Positions 14,351-28,396 of a stretch of 64,000 nt of DNA are shown here, in pieces. The notes under the pieces are model-generated. The model searched no databases and had not been told where the DNA came from. It was given only the letters and a program-made list of their open reading frames with translations. This DNA is from Eledone cirrhosa (taxonomy: Eukaryota), in NCBI GenBank assembly GCA_964016885.1, contig CAXHJY010000568.1:1-64000 (forward strand). The letters are read 5' to 3'. The translations under genes were made by a program, and so were the position numbers. Numbering within the stretch: the stretch's first letter is position 1; each line of letters opens with the position of its first letter.

Positions 14351-17300
14351 CATCATCATCATCATCAGGTTTAGCGTCCGTGTTCCACGCTTGCATGGGT
14401 TTGGACGGGGGTTTTCCCACTTGAGGCAAGAGTGGTTGTCTTGCTCGCATAGGACTGTCTGGCGGGTTTTCTACAGTTGGATGCCCTTCCTAACACCAAC
14501 CACATTTACAGTGTGGGGCTGGGAGGTTTTTACCGTGTTGCTTACACGGCCACATTACAGCGTGGACTGTCTGGCGGGTTTTCTACAGCTGGATGCCCTT
14601 CCTAACACCAACCACATTTACAGTGTGGGGCTGGGAGGTTTTTACCGTGTTGCCTACACGGCCACATTTACAGCGTGGACTGTGTGTTTTTTTATCGTGA
14701 CACCTACACGATCTCATTTGTTTCGGCCTGGATGTTGTGGGACCAACATAACTTTACATTGAAAGGGGCGGTGTGGATGGGGTGGAGGTGGTGGGACGGG
14801 GGGGTGTTTTGATAGAGATGCCTACTGACTGTAGTAGGTTTTTACTTTGTATTTAGGTAAGGCGGGTCTTCTCTATTACTGAGTACCGCCAAAGGTCTCG
14901 GTCCAGTGACATTGTCTTGGAGAGGTGTAAGCGTGTGAGGTCGGAATTTATCAGCTCGTCCCATGTTTTTCTGGGTCTGCCTACTCCGTGGCTACCGTCT
15001 ATCTTTATTGCCCTGCACTTTGTTATACAGCTGTCGTCTTTCATGCGCATCACGTGTCCATACCAACGTAGCCTTCTCTCGAGTAAACAACATCTGATCC
15101 CTCTTATTTCTAATTTTTTCCTTCGTTCGTTTATGCTTTGCCGTTCACGTATATAACTATTGCACATCCAGCGGAGCATGCAAGCTTCGTTCCTCTCTAG
15201 TCTGCGTATATCCTCTGCACACAATGCCCAGGTCTCACTGCCATGCAGCATTGCTGTTCGTATGCAGGCATCGTATGACCTGCCTTTCATTTTTAGGGAG
15301 AACCCTCTAGCAGCTAATAGTGGTATAAGCTCTCTGAACTTTTTCCATCCAGTTCTGACTCTAGCTACTGTACTTTCAGAGCACCCTCCCCCACTGCTGA
15401 TTTTGTCACCCAGGTAACGGAAGCTGTCCACTATTTCTATAGAACCCTCTGCGCAGTTGAAGGAGCTAGTATTTTGTGGGCACTTGCTGCTACTTATTGC
15501 ACCAGAGCACCAGCCACATGTAAAATCTATGTTCTTAGTTAGCTTACCTGTGATCCCACTACATCTTTTATGCACCCATACTTTGCATTTGGGACATAAA
15601 ATGGAGTTTCTACCTACGCCTTTCCTACACACTGAGCATGGCCATTTCCCAGATGGGCCTGCCGCCTTATTTTCTTTCCTACAAACTAGAACTTTAGTCT
15701 TAGCCAGGTTAATTTTAAGGCCTTTTGATTCTAGGCCGTGCTTCCATGTTTGGAATTTCTTCTCTAGTTCGGTCATTGATTCAGCTATGAGCGTTAGATC
15801 ATCTGCGTATAGGAGTTCCCATGGGCAGCCGGTCTTGAACTCCTCTGTTATAGCCTGAAGGGCAATAATAAATAGTAGGGGGCTAAGAACAGAGCCCTGA
15901 TGGACACCAACTTTTACGCTAAACTCTTCACTATATTCGTTGTTAATTCTAACCTTACTGACTGTTTCTTTATACATGGCTTGTATAGCTCTCACAAGCC
16001 ATTCGTCAACACCTAGTTTTCTAAGAGACCACCAGATAATGGAACGGGGGACTCTGTCGAAGGCTTTCTCCAAGTCGACGAAAGCTAAGTATAGGGGTTT
16101 ACTTTTAGCTAGGTACTTCTCCTGTAGTTGTCGTACAATGAAAAGAGCGTCTGTGGTACTTTTGCCTGACACAAACCCGAACTGCATTTCATCTAGATCA
16201 ATTCTCTCTCTGATTAGTTGCGCTATTACTTTTTCCGTGACCTTCATGACCTGGTCGATTAATTTAATGCCTCTATAGTTACTCCTATCTAGGGCATCTC
16301 CTTTTCCCTTATAGCAGTTAACGATGATGCTGCTACGCCAGTCCTTCGGAACAACCCCATTCTGTACGACTTGGTTAACTATCCGGGTGACCATGGTGTG
16401 TCCCACCGAACCAGATGCCTTCAGCATCTCAGCAACTATTTCCGAAAGACCAGCCGCCTTACCAGTCTTCATATCTTTGATTGCCTTGCTTATTGTACTA
16501 CCCTGGACTAACAGTGCTGGTCCCTCTATTGGGTCGATGTGGGGGAGACTGTCTTTCTCCCATTTGTTCTCCTCATTTAGAAGCCTTTCGTAGTGACACT
16601 TCCAAGCTACCTTCTTATCAGCGTCGGTGATGGCAAGTATGCCATCATCGTTAAGTACACACTTCTCCCTGACAATATCACGGTTTTCCTTGACACATTG
16701 CCTGGCAATCCTGAACACCTCACGTTTTTGGTCCTCACGTTGTAGAACATGCTTGAACTTTCTTTCCTCTGCTTCCCTTCTTGCGAAGTACACTTGTCTC
16801 CTAGCTTCCCTCCTGGCCACTTGATAGTCTTCTCTACTTCCCCCATCCCGCCATGCTTTCCAAGCCTGCTTTTTGGCCTTAATTGACTCCTCCACCTTAC
16901 TGTTCCACCACCATGTTACTCTCCTCCTACCTACAGGCCTGCTCCAGCCACAGACTTTGTCTGCCGCCGTCAGCAGGTTTGCTCTCAGGAATTCCCACTG
17001 TTCCTCTATATTATACAACTCTAATTGCTCTTCCTTACTGTCGAAAGCGTCAAGTAATATGCTTTGAAATTTATTTCTGGCTATGGGGTCCATTAGCTTC
17101 CATATTTTTCTCCTGAGGATAGTCCTCTTCCGCTGTCTAGTACGTCTCGTCCTGACTATGAGGTCGCTAATTATCAGTCTATGTTGGGAGGTGAATTCTT
17201 CATGGGGGAGGGATTTAGTGTTAACAACAGACACTCTGTCACGTCTTCTGGTAAGGATATAATCTACCTGGCTTGTGTGTTCCCCCGATCTATAGGTGAT

Positions 17301-17441
17301 CAAGTGATTGTCTCGTTTTTTGAAGTTAGTGTTACAGATAGTTAGGTTATTTGCGTCGCAGAATTCCAGGATTCTGGAGCCTTCCTCATTTCTAGTACCG
17401 AACCCATAGCCTCCATGGATTCCGTCATAGCCGTCACAATG
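14350..17441 (-). mobile_element. RTE-clade LINE, 5'-truncated inside the endonuclease (copy D)
   Basis: (CAT)n tail, 3' UTR with a 112-bp tandem duplication, long ORF; both ends sit in (TA)n. Confidence 0.97.
14853..17441 (-). CDS. RTE ORF (5'-truncated): AP-endonuclease C-terminus, reverse transcriptase, PHD-like zinc finger, GRPRKTW C-terminus
   Basis: The frame is open upstream of 17303 ([12 protein letters not shown]...CNTNF); EN motifs VDYIL and SQHRL; RT motifs [43 protein letters not shown]. Confidence 0.93.
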   Translation of the reverse strand, partial: HCDGYDGIHGGYGFGTRNEEGSRILEFCDANNLTICNTNFKKRDNHLITYRSGEHTSQVDYILTRRRDRVSVVNTKSLPHEEFTSQHRLIISDLIVRTRRTRQRKRTILRRKIWKLMDPIARNKFQSILLDAFDSKEEQLELYNIEEQWEFLRANLLTAADKVCGWSRPVGRRRVTWWWNSKVEESIKAKKQAWKAWRDGGSREDYQVARREARRQVYFARREAEERKFKHVLQREDQKREVFRIARQCVKENRDIVREKCVLNDDGILAITDADKKVAWKCHYERLLNEENKWEKDSLPHIDPIEGPALLVQGSTISKAIKDMKTGKAAGLSEIVAEMLKASGSVGHTMVTRIVNQVVQNGVVPKDWRSSIIVNCYKGKGDALDRSNYRGIKLIDQVMKVTEKVIAQLIRERIDLDEMQFGFVSGKSTTDALFIVRQLQEKYLAKSKPLYLAFVDLEKAFDRVPRSIIWWSLRKLGVDEWLVRAIQAMYKETVSKVRINNEYSEEFSVKVGVHQGSVLSPLLFIIALQAITEEFKTGCPWELLYADDLTLIAESMTELEKKFQTWKHGLESKGLKINLAKTKVLVCRKENKAAGPSGKWPCSVCRKGVGRNSILCPKCKVWVHKRCSGITGKLTKNIDFTCGWCSGAISSSKCPQNTSSFNCAEGSIEIVDSFRYLGDKISSGGGCSESTVARVRTGWKKFRELIPLLAARGFSLKMKGRSYDACIRTAMLHGSETWALCAEDIRRLERNEACMLRWMCNSYIRERQSINERRKKLEIRGIRCCLLERRLRWYGHVMRMKDDSCITKCRAIKIDGSHGVGRPRKTWDELINSDLTRLHLSKTMSLDRDLWRYSVIEKTRLT

Positions 17442-17613
17442 TATATGTATATATATACATATATATATATATATATGTATATATATATCTATATATATAT
17501 GTATATATATATCTATATATATATATATATATATATCTATATATATATATATATATATATCTATATCTATATATATATATATATATATCTATATATATAT
17601 ATATATCATCATA

Positions 17614-17654
<41 letters not shown>

Positions 17655-17688
17655 GTATATATATATCTCTATAAATATATATATACAC

Positions 17689-17771
<83 letters not shown>

Positions 17772-17772
<1 letters not shown>

Positions 17773-18825
17773 CATCATCATCATCATCATCGTTTAACGT
17801 CTGTGTTCCACGCTTGCATGGGTTTGGACGGAGGGTTTTCCCACTTGAGGCAAGAGTGGTTATCTTGCTCGCATAGTACTATCTGGCGGGTTTTCTACAG
17901 CTGGATGCCCTTACTAACACCAACCACATTTACAGTGTGGGGCTGGGAGGTTTTTACCGTGTTGCCTACACGGCCACATTACAGCGTGAACTGTGTGTTT
18001 TTTTACGTGACACCTACACGATCTCATTTGTTTCGGCCTGGATGTTGTGGCACCAACATAACTTTACATTGAAAGGGGCGGTGTGGATGGGGTGGGGATG
18101 GTGGGACGGGGGTGTATTTTGTTAGAGATGCCTACTGACTGTAGTAGGTTTTACTTTGTACTTAGGTAAGGCGGGTCTTCTCTATTACTGAGTACCGCCA
18201 AAGGTCTCGGTCCAGTGACATTGTCTTGGTGAGGTGTAAGTATGTGAGGTCGGAATTTATCAGCTCGTCCCAGGTTTTTCTGGGTCTGCCTATTCCGTGG
18301 CTACCATCTATCTTTATTGCCCTGCACTTTGTTATACAGCTATCGTCCTTCATGCGCATCACGTGACCATACCAATGTAGCCTTCTCTCGAGTAAACATC
18401 TGATTTTCTTTCCTACAAACTAGAACTTTAGTCTTAGCCAGGTTAATTTTAAGGCCTTTTGATTCTAGGCCGTGCTTCCATGTTTGCAATTTCTTCTCTA
18501 GCTCGGCCATTGATTCAGCTATGAGCATTAGATCATCTGCGTATAGGAGTTCCCATGGGCAGCCGGTCTTGAACTCCACTGTTATAGCCTGGAGGGCAAT
18601 AATAAATAGTAGGGGGCTAAGAACAGAGTCCTGATGAACACCAACTTTTACACTAAACTCTTCACTATATTCGTTGTTAATTCTAACCTTGCTGACTGTT
18701 TCTTTATACATGGCTTGTATAGCTCTCACAAGCCATTCGTCAACACCTAGTTTTCTAAGAGCCCACCAGATAATGGAACGGGGGGGGACTCTGTCGAAGG
18801 CTTTCTCCAAGTCGACGAAAGCTAT
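17772..18825 (-). mobile_element. RTE LINE copy E, 5'-truncated with an ~570-bp internal deletion
   Basis: RT fragment 18340-18810 (LYADD) is joined near 18403 directly to the C-terminal region; single-unit 3' UTR. Confidence 0.93.
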
Positions 18826-18908
18826 GTATATATATATATATATATATATCTGTATATATATATATATATATCTGTATATATATATATATATATATATATG
18901 TGTATATA

Positions 18909-18949
<41 letters not shown>

Positions 18950-18954
18950 ATATA

Positions 18955-18999
<45 letters not shown>

Positions 19000-19214
19000 A
19001 TATATACATGTGTGTATATATATATATATATATGTGTGTATATATATATGTGTATATATATATATATGTGTATATATACATGTGCGTATATATATATATA
19101 TGTGTATATATATATATATGTGTATATATATATATGTGTGTATATATATATATCTGTATATATGTATATATATATATGTGTGTATATATATATATGTGTA
19201 TATATATATATATG

Positions 19215-19251
<37 letters not shown>

Positions 19252-19280
19252 GTGTATATATATATATATGTGTATATATA

Positions 19281-19319
<39 letters not shown>

Positions 19320-19472
19320 ATACTTTGGGAGGGTCATGTTGCCAATAACAAATTCAGAAACGAAATATATATATATACATACATATATATATATATATAC
19401 ATACATATTCATATATATATATATATATATATATGCATATAAATAAGTATATATATATATATATATGGATAC

Positions 19473-19530
<58 letters not shown>

Positions 19531-19889
19531 TCATTTCATCATTTTCATCATACACACACACACACACACGAACACACACACATATATATATAACAGAGTG
19601 ATGTAGTTTGCTTGAAACATTGTGGAATAGGAAATAGAAATTTAAATAAGTTTAAAAGCCCTACAATGCATAGAAGATTAAAGGTGTCAAGGTGGTTGCT
19701 GTTATAGAGGTAAGAATGAGGACCTTAGCAAATTTAATTATCTGAAATATTGGGTTTAAAATACCCATTATCAAGAGAGGATCCTGTGTAGGTGTTCAAA
19801 GAGCGATTGGAGAAGAGTTGTTTTTTGGCTTGCAAAAATATATATATGTATATATATATATATATATATAATATATATATATATATTAT

Positions 19890-19934
<45 letters not shown>

Positions 19935-20013
19935 GCTGAAACATTCACTTGAGTGGGGTTTCTTCTCTAAAGACCTTCTGTCCTGCTCTCCTGAGAGTTT
20001 CTTGCTACTGTAC

Positions 20014-20058
<45 letters not shown>

Positions 20059-20109
20059 CACACATATAATATATATATATAAGGGTGCTCTGAAAAGTTC
20101 TTGGCTTTA

Positions 20110-21105
20110 AGGCAATTTACATAGTATAGAGACAACTTATATAGTATACAGGCAATTTACATAGTATAGAGGCAACTTATATATTATAGAGGCAATTTAC
20201 ATAGTATACAGACAATTTATATAGTATACAGGCAATTTACATAGTATAGAGGCAACTTATATATTATAGAGGCAATTTATATAGTATAGAGGTAATTTAT
20301 ATAGTATAGATGCAAGTTATATAGTATAGAGGCAAGTTATATAGTATAGAGGCAATTTATATAGTATAGAGGCAATTTATATAGTATAGAGGCAATTTAT
20401 ATAGTATAGAGGAAATTTATATAGTATACTGGCAATTTATATAGTATAGAGGCAATTTATATTGTATAGAGGCAATTTATATAGTATAGAGACAATTTAT
20501 ATAGTATAGTGGCAATTTATATAGTATACTGGCAATTTACATAGTATAGAGGCAACTTATACTGTATAGAGGCAATTTATATAGTATAGAGACATTTTGT
20601 ATAGTATAGTGGTAATTTATATAGTATAGTGGTAATTTATATAGTATAGTTGCAATTTATATAGTATAGAGGCAATTTATATAGTATAGAGGCAATTTAT
20701 ATTGTATAGAAGCAATTTATATAGTATAGAGTTAATTTATATAGTATACTGGCAATTTATATAGTATAGAGGCAATTTATATTGTATAGAAGCAATTTAT
20801 ATAGTATAGAGTTAATTTATATAGTATACTGGCAATTTATATAGCATAAAAGCAATTTATATTGTATATTGGCAATTTATATATTATAAGAGGCAATTTA
20901 TATAGTATAGAGACAATTTATATATTATACTGGCAATTTATATAGTATAGAGGCAATTTAAATAGTATAAGAGGCAATTTATATAGTATAGAGACAATTT
21001 GTTTAGTATAAGAGGCAATTTATATAGTATACTGGTAATTTATATAGTATAGAGGCAATTTATATGGTATACTGGCAATTTATATAGTATAGAGGTAATT
21101 TATAT
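20110..21105. repeat. 20-bp minisatellite GGCAATTTATATAGTATAGA
   Basis: About 50 tandem units, directly after a mariner-like TIR fragment (gggtgctctgaaaagttcttggcttt, 20083-20108). Confidence 0.95.
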
Positions 21106-21225
21106 ACATATATACACTATATACATATATACATTATATAAATAGTATATGAAATATATATACAATATATACACTTCATAGGGGAAGGCAAATGTTGATA
21201 CAAGTTGGTACCAGTGTTGTCACCA

Positions 21226-24010
21226 GGTCATTTATATACTATAGGAGCCATTTATATAATATAGGAGTCATTTATATGCTATAGGAGGTATTTATATACT
21301 ATAGGAGTCATTTATATAACATAGGAGCCATTTATATAACATAGGAGCCATTTATATACTATAGGAGCCATTTATATACTATAGGGGCCATTTATATAAC
21401 ATAGGAGCCATTTATATACTATAGGAGCCATTTATATAACATAGGAGCCATTTATATACTATAGGAGGTATTTATATACTATAGGAGTCATTTATATACT
21501 ATAGGAGCCATTTATATAACATAGGAGCCATTTATATACTATAGGAGGTATTTATATACTATAGGAGTCATTTATATACTATAGGAGTCATTTATATACT
21601 ATAGGAGTCATTTATATGCTATAGGAGGTATTTATATACTATAGGAGTCATTTATATAACATAGGAGCCATTTATATAACATAGGAGCCATTTATATACT
21701 ATAGGAGCCATTTATATACTATAGGGGCCATTTATATAACATAGGAGCCATTTATATACTATAGGAGCCATTTATATAACATAGGAGCCATTTATATACT
21801 ATAGGAGGTATTTATATACTATAGGAGTCATTTATATAACATAGGAGCCATTTATATACTATAGGAGCCATTTATATAACATAGGAGCCATTTATATACT
21901 ATAGGAGCCATTTATATACTATAGGGGCCATTTATATAACATAGGAGCCTTTTATATACTATAGGAGCCATTTATATACTATAGGAGTCGGAGTCATTTA
22001 TATAACAGCCATTTATATAATATAGGAGCCATTTATATAACATAGGAGTTATTTATAGAACATAGGAGTCATTTATATGATATAGGAGTCATTTATATAA
22101 CATAGAAACCATTTATATAATATAGGAGACATTTATATAATATAGGGAGTCATTTATATAACACAGGAGCCATTTATATAACATAGGAGCCATTTATATA
22201 CTATAGGAATTCATTTATATAACATAGGAGCCATTTATATAATATAGGAGCCATTTATATACTATAGGAGCCATTTATATAACATAGAAACCATTTATAT
22301 AATATAGGAGACATTTATATAATATAGGGAGTCATTTATATAACATAGGAGTCATTTATATAACATAGGAGTCATTTATATAACATAGGAGCCATTTATA
22401 TACTATAGGAATTCATTTATATACTATAGGGGCCATTTATATAACATAGGAGCCTTTTATATACTATAGGAGCCATTTATATAACATATGAATCATTTAT
22501 ATAACATAGGAGCCATTTATATACTATAGGAGTCATTTACATAATATATACTATATATACTATAGGATATATAACATAGTATATATATACTATAGGATAT
22601 ATAACATAGCCATTTATATAACATAGGAGCCATTTATATACTATAGGAGCCATTTATATAATATAGGAGCCATTTATATAATATATACTATAGGAGCCAT
22701 TTATATACTATAGGAGCCATTTATATAACATAGGAGCCTTTTATATACTATAGGAGCCTTTTATATACTATAGGAGTCATTTATATAACAGAGCCATTTA
22801 TATAATATAGGAGCCTTTTATATAACATAGGAGCCTTTTATATACTATAGGAGTCATTTATATAACATAGGAGTTATTTATATGTTATATAAAAGGCTCC
22901 TATGTTATATAAATGGCTCTGTTATATAAATGAATTCCTATAGTATATAAATGGCTCCTATGTTATATAAATGGCTCCTGTGTTATATAAATGACTCCTA
23001 TGTTATATAAATGACTCCCTATATTATATAAATGTCTCCTATATTATATAAATGGTTTCTATGTTATATAAATGGCTCCTATAGTATATAAATGGCTCCT
23101 ATATTATATAAATGGCTCCTATGTTATATAAATGAATTCCTATAGTATATAAATGGCTCCTATGTTATATAAATGGCTCCTGTGTTATATAAATGACTCC
23201 TATGTTATATAAATGACTCCTATAGTATAAAATGGCTCCTATATTATATAAATGACTCCTATGTTATATAAATGGCTCCTATATTATATAAATGACTCCT
23301 ATGTTATATAAATGACTCCTATAGTATAAAATGGCTCCTATATTATATAAATGACTCCTATGTTATATAAATGGCTCCTATAGTATATAAATGGCTCCTA
23401 TGTTATATAAATGGCTCCTATATTATATAAATGGCTCCTATAGTATATAATATATACTATATATACTATAGGATATATAACATAGGATATATATACTATA
23501 GGATATATAACATAGGAGCCATTTATATAACATAGGAGCCATTTATATAGCATAGGAGCCATTTATATAGCATAGGAGCCATTTATATAACATAGGAGCC
23601 ATTTATATAACATAGGAGCCATTTATATACTATAGGAGCCATTTATATACTATAGGAGCCATTTATATAACATAGGAGCCATTTATATAACATAGGAGCC
23701 ATTTATATAACATAGGAGCCATTTATATAACATAGGAGCCATTTATATAGCATAGGAGCCATTTATATAGCATAGGAGCCATTTATATAGCATAGGAGCC
23801 ATTTATATAGCATAGGAGCCATTTATATAACATAGGAGCCATTTATATAGCATAGGAGCCATTTATATAGCATAGGAGCCATTTATATAACATAGGAGCC
23901 ATTTATATAACATAGGAGCCATTTATATACTATAGGAGCCATTTATATAACATAGGAGCCATTTATATAACATAGGAGCCATTTATATAGCATAGGAGCC
24001 ATTTATATAC
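21226..24010. repeat. 20-bp minisatellite GCCATTTATATA(AC/CT)ATAGGA with an internal inversion
   Basis: Tandem units; reverse-complement units at ~22881-23450. Confidence 0.96.
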
Positions 24011-24149
24011 TCTATCATATGTTCTAGACGACAGGCTGAGGCCATGCTGGGGCATTATACTATACATTGATGCTATTCTTGCCATATTTATCATCATTTT
24101 TGTAATTTTGTCCATGTTTTGTCATCACTGACATAATTACCATTCCTGT

Positions 24150-24410
24150 CATGAAGATGATGATGATGATGGCGGTAGTGGTGGTGATGATGATGGCGGT
24201 GGTGATGATCACCATCATCATCACAACCACCATCCTCACCATCATCATCATCATCACTACAACCACCATCACAACCATCATCATCCTCCTCACCATCATC
24301 AACATCATCACTACTACCATCATCCTCACCATCATCATCATCATCACTACCACCGCCATCATCATCACCATCATCAATGCCACGCCATCACCACCGCCAT
24401 CATCATCATC
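24150..24410. repeat. (GAT/GGT) then (CAT/CAC) trinucleotide low-complexity tract
   Basis: Direct reading. Confidence 0.9.
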
Positions 24411-24416
24411 TTAGAT

Positions 24417-24645
24417 ATAATAATAATAATAACGATTTCTACTATAGACACATGCCAACAATATTTAGGGAATGGAAAGTTGATTAAATTGACCCCAGTA
24501 CATTACTGCTACCTTATTTTATCCACACCGTAAGGATGAAAGGTAAAGTTAACCTCAGCGAGATTTGAATTCAGAAGGGAATGGGCCATAACTCTATGTT
24601 GCAAAGCATAGTATCTGACTCTACCGGTACTACCAATCCACCTAC
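24417..24645 (-). mobile_element. tRNA-derived SINE (same family as 27545 and 27765)
   Basis: (AAT)n tail; aggatgaaaggtaaagttaacctcagcgagatttgaattcaga (B-box-like on the minus strand). Confidence 0.7.
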
Positions 24646-24849
24646 TGACCATCTCACCATAAACATCACAGCAGTGAACAGGAGTTTCACCTTTACAATT
24701 ATTATCTTATTAAAGGTAGCATTACCCCCCCCCCCCCCCACACACACACACACACCACCACCACTCCATCCTCCTCCTCCCTCTCTTGTTGCAGTCACCA
24801 CCCCTCTTCCTCCTCCCTCTTGCTGTCACTACCACCACCGTTAACACAC

Positions 24850-24884
<35 letters not shown>

Positions 24885-25015
24885 GCTACCGCTACCACTA
24901 CTACTACTGCCATCATCGTCACTGCTGCCACCACCCCCGTTTCCCCACCACCACTGTTAGCACCCCCACTACTACTGCCACCACCACCGACACCACAACT
25001 ATTCCCCAGGCCCCA

Positions 25016-25680
25016 GTGAACATGTGGTATATGATGCACCAGCAAACATGTGGCATATTACACATCAGTGAACATGTGGTGTATGACACAACAGTGAGTA
25101 TGTGGTATATGTCACACCAGCGAACATGTGGGATATTATACAAAAGTGAACATGTAGTATATGATACAACAGTAGTGTATGATGCATCAGAGAACATGTG
25201 GTGTATGTCACATCAGCGAAACATGTGGTGTATGATACATGTGGTATATGTATCAGTAAACATGTGGCATACAATGCATCATCGAACAAGTGTCACATGG
25301 TACATTAGTGAACTTGATATATCAGTGGACATGTGGTATATGATACATCAATGGACATGTAGTATACAACACAAGTGAACATGTGGTATACAACACATAA
25401 GTGAACATGTGGTATATAACACAGTGAAAATTTGGAATGTGATGCATAAGTGAACATGTGGTATACAACACATCAGTGAACATGTGGTATACAACACAAC
25501 AGTGAATGTGTGGTATGTGATATATGAGTGAACATATGGCATACAACACATCAGTGAACATGTGGTATAGAAAACATCAGTAAACATGTGGCCTGTGATA
25601 CATAAGTGAATATGTGGTATGCAACACATCAGTGAACATGTGGCATATGATACATCAATGAACATGTGGTGTACAATACA
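25016..25680. repeat. Degenerate ~26-bp minisatellite CAGTGAACATGTGGTATACAACACAT
   Basis: Recurrent aacatgtggta core. Confidence 0.85.
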
Positions 25681-26509
25681 TAGAACTACATACTTTCTTT
25701 TCTCTTCTTTCTCTTATCTTTTTATTGATTGTGTCATTAACAAATCAATAACCATTATCTAATGATTCCACTGTTACATGTGATATCCAATAAACAATCA
25801 GCACAATTTACCTGCTGAAATACCTTGACTCCTTTTGTAGCCACGTTTCTAAATATGCTGCCTATGTCTTATTCAATTATCAAATTTCCCAGTGTGGAAG
25901 ATGCTGTTTTCTCCCCCTAATCAAACCTTATGAATTTACCATGTCTTAGAAGCTGAAGGTATTTTTTTTTGTTTTGTTAAACTTTTTATTTCAAAATTTA
26001 AAACAAAAATTGTTTTCAAAATTTGTCTTTGCAAATTGAAAAAAAATTTTTTTTTTCAATTTTTTTTTTAAATTAAAAAAAAAGAATAACAAAAAAATTC
26101 ATTTTCAAAATTCATTTTCATTTTTTTTTTAAATTTACAAAAGAAATGTTTCTCAAAATTTTTTCAAATTTTTTTTAAATTTAGAAAAGAAAATTTTCTC
26201 AAAATTTTTTTCAAATTTTTTTTCAAAAGTTTTAGTTTCCAGATCTTTAGTTTCAATATTGTGATGTGTCGATGTGACGGCATCTTTCACTCCGAGATAT
26301 ACGATATTCTGAAAATAATCAAATATTTGAAATGATTCAGTAAAATAATTAACCTCTTGGATTTTGTATTTATTTTGTTTGGAATTGTTTGTATGTTGAA
26401 ATATATTATTGAGGGTCATAGAAACATACTTTTTAAGGGTCATTGTCACTGTTGGTGTCATGGCACCATAGCAAGCTTAGGTATACTTGGGATCATTTTT
26501 GGTGGGTGT

Positions 26510-27080
26510 GGCACCATTATACCACCACCACCACCATACTATCATCACACCGCCACCACCATACCACCACCACAACCACCACCATCACACCTACCATCAC
26601 CATACCATCACCATACTGCCACCATACCGCCACACAACCACCACCACTGTTACCATACCACCACCACAACCACCACCACCATCAAAACTACCATCACCAT
26701 ACCACCACCATTATACCTCCACCACCACCATACCACCATCACCATACCGCCATCACACTGCCACCACCATACCAACACCATACCACCACCACAATCACCA
26801 CCACCGCCACCATACCACCATCACCATACCACAATCACACTGCCACCACCACCACAACTACCACCACCACCACCATCACAACTATCATCACCATACCACC
26901 ACCATTATACCTCCACCACAACCACCACCACTACCATACCACCACCAACAATAACAACAACAGCAACAATTATAACTATAACAACAGTGTGATGCCATTG
27001 CTCATGCCAACAACAACAAATACAACAGCAACAACAACTACATCTACAACTTAAACTACAACCACAACAACAACAACAAG
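26510..27080. repeat. (CAC/CAT/CAA)n low-complexity tract
   Basis: Direct reading. Confidence 0.9.
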
Positions 27081-27544
27081 CAATGTTTTTAGTCAGATGC
27101 CCTACACCTGTTACAACACACTGGGATACAGTGTGTTTATTCTGATACACACAGATTAGCAAATACCCCCCCCCCCCACACACACACACAGAGGTTGTAT
27201 TTCACTTCATTTTTATTAATCAATAAGTTAATTAGTTCATTAGCCACTCAGTTGATTAATGGTTGATAAAAATTCCTTCAAACTGAAAACAAGTAGAAGT
27301 ATGAACAAAGTGGAGGTGTATGAGGCTACATAGTTATTGATAAGGTCGCAGGTTGTGGCAAAATACCTTTGACAGATTAATCATCCCTTTCGTTACCATA
27401 TTTCTAATGAAATACACTGCTTGTGTGTTTCAATTAATTTTGAAAATAATCAAGAATTTGAAGGATTTAGTAAAATAATTAATTCCTTGTGATGTCTCTG
27501 GAGTTTAGAACATAATTTAAGAAAAGGTTCTTACGTAAAATAAT

Positions 27545-27959
27545 TGTTTCTACTTTTGGCACAAGGCCAGCAATTACCCAGTACATTACTGGTACTTTAT
27601 TTTATCGACCCCGTATGGATGAAAGGCAAAGTTAACCTCGGCGGGATTTGAACTCAGAATGGAAAGGGACATAACTTGATGCTAGAAAGCATGGCATCCG
27701 ACCCTCTACCAATACTGCCAATCTACCGCCCTATGGTGTTCTTACTGTTCTTACGTAAAATAATTGTTTCTACTTTTGGCACAAGGTCAGCAATTAACCA
27801 GTACATTACTGGTACTTTATTTTATCGACCCCGTAAGGATGAAAGGCAAAGTTAACCTCGGCGGGATTTGAACTCAGAATGGCAAGGGCCGTAACTCTAT
27901 GCGCCAAAGCATGGCATCCGACATGCTTTGGCGCATAGAGTTACGGCCCTTGCCATTCT
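27545..27959 (-). mobile_element. Two tandem tRNA-derived SINE copies bracketed by three copies of a 17-bp target-like repeat
   Basis: ttcttacgtaaaataat at 27528-27544, 27748-27764 and 27956-27972; the second copy ends in a 38-bp fold-back. Confidence 0.85.
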
Positions 27960-27993
27960 TACGTAAAATAATGATAGAAGGTTCTTAGATAAA

Positions 27994-28193
27994 TATGAGG
28001 GTTGGCTAAAAAGAGTAGGATGATTATGAAGGAGTGATGGTAGAGCTGTGAAATCTTGCATGCATTAATTTCAACTCTTCTTATTAATAACTGCATTGTT
28101 TCTTTCCAGGAAATATGTTGAAAAATAGATCTCATTTGGTCATTCCATGAGAGTATCTTGGTCAACCTATGAATTTTTCAGCTAACCCACATA
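27994..28193. mobile_element. Tc1/mariner-type MITE
   Basis: Imperfect TIRs tatgagggttggctaaaaa / tttttcagctaacccacata with TA ends; related partial copies at 40610-40725 (inverted) and 57970-58060. Confidence 0.7.
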
Positions 28194-28364
28194 CAATCAC
28201 TTTACAATCAACAGCTTAACATCACAGAAATAGTGGTTGTTTCAAGTGATTGGCTTTCAAAACAGTTTAACAACTGATTACTAAACTAATTAACTCATTA
28301 ATTAAGAAGACTGAAGTAAAATAATATCCAGTGTGTTTCTCATTGGTTGTATCACCTCACACAA

Positions 28365-28365
28365 A

Positions 28366-28396
<31 letters not shown>

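Noticed and set aside
19590-19840. Island possibly encoding a Penelope GIY-YIG C-terminus (SNRSLNTYTGS)
   Set aside because: Similarity is too short and weak to support without a profile search
25690-25825. Possible minus-strand exon with acceptor- and donor-like ends
   Set aside because: Stop codons in all three frames
25960-26235. Palindromic-looking A/T tracts
   Set aside because: Low-complexity poly(A)/poly(T) mix; self-complementarity is expected by chance
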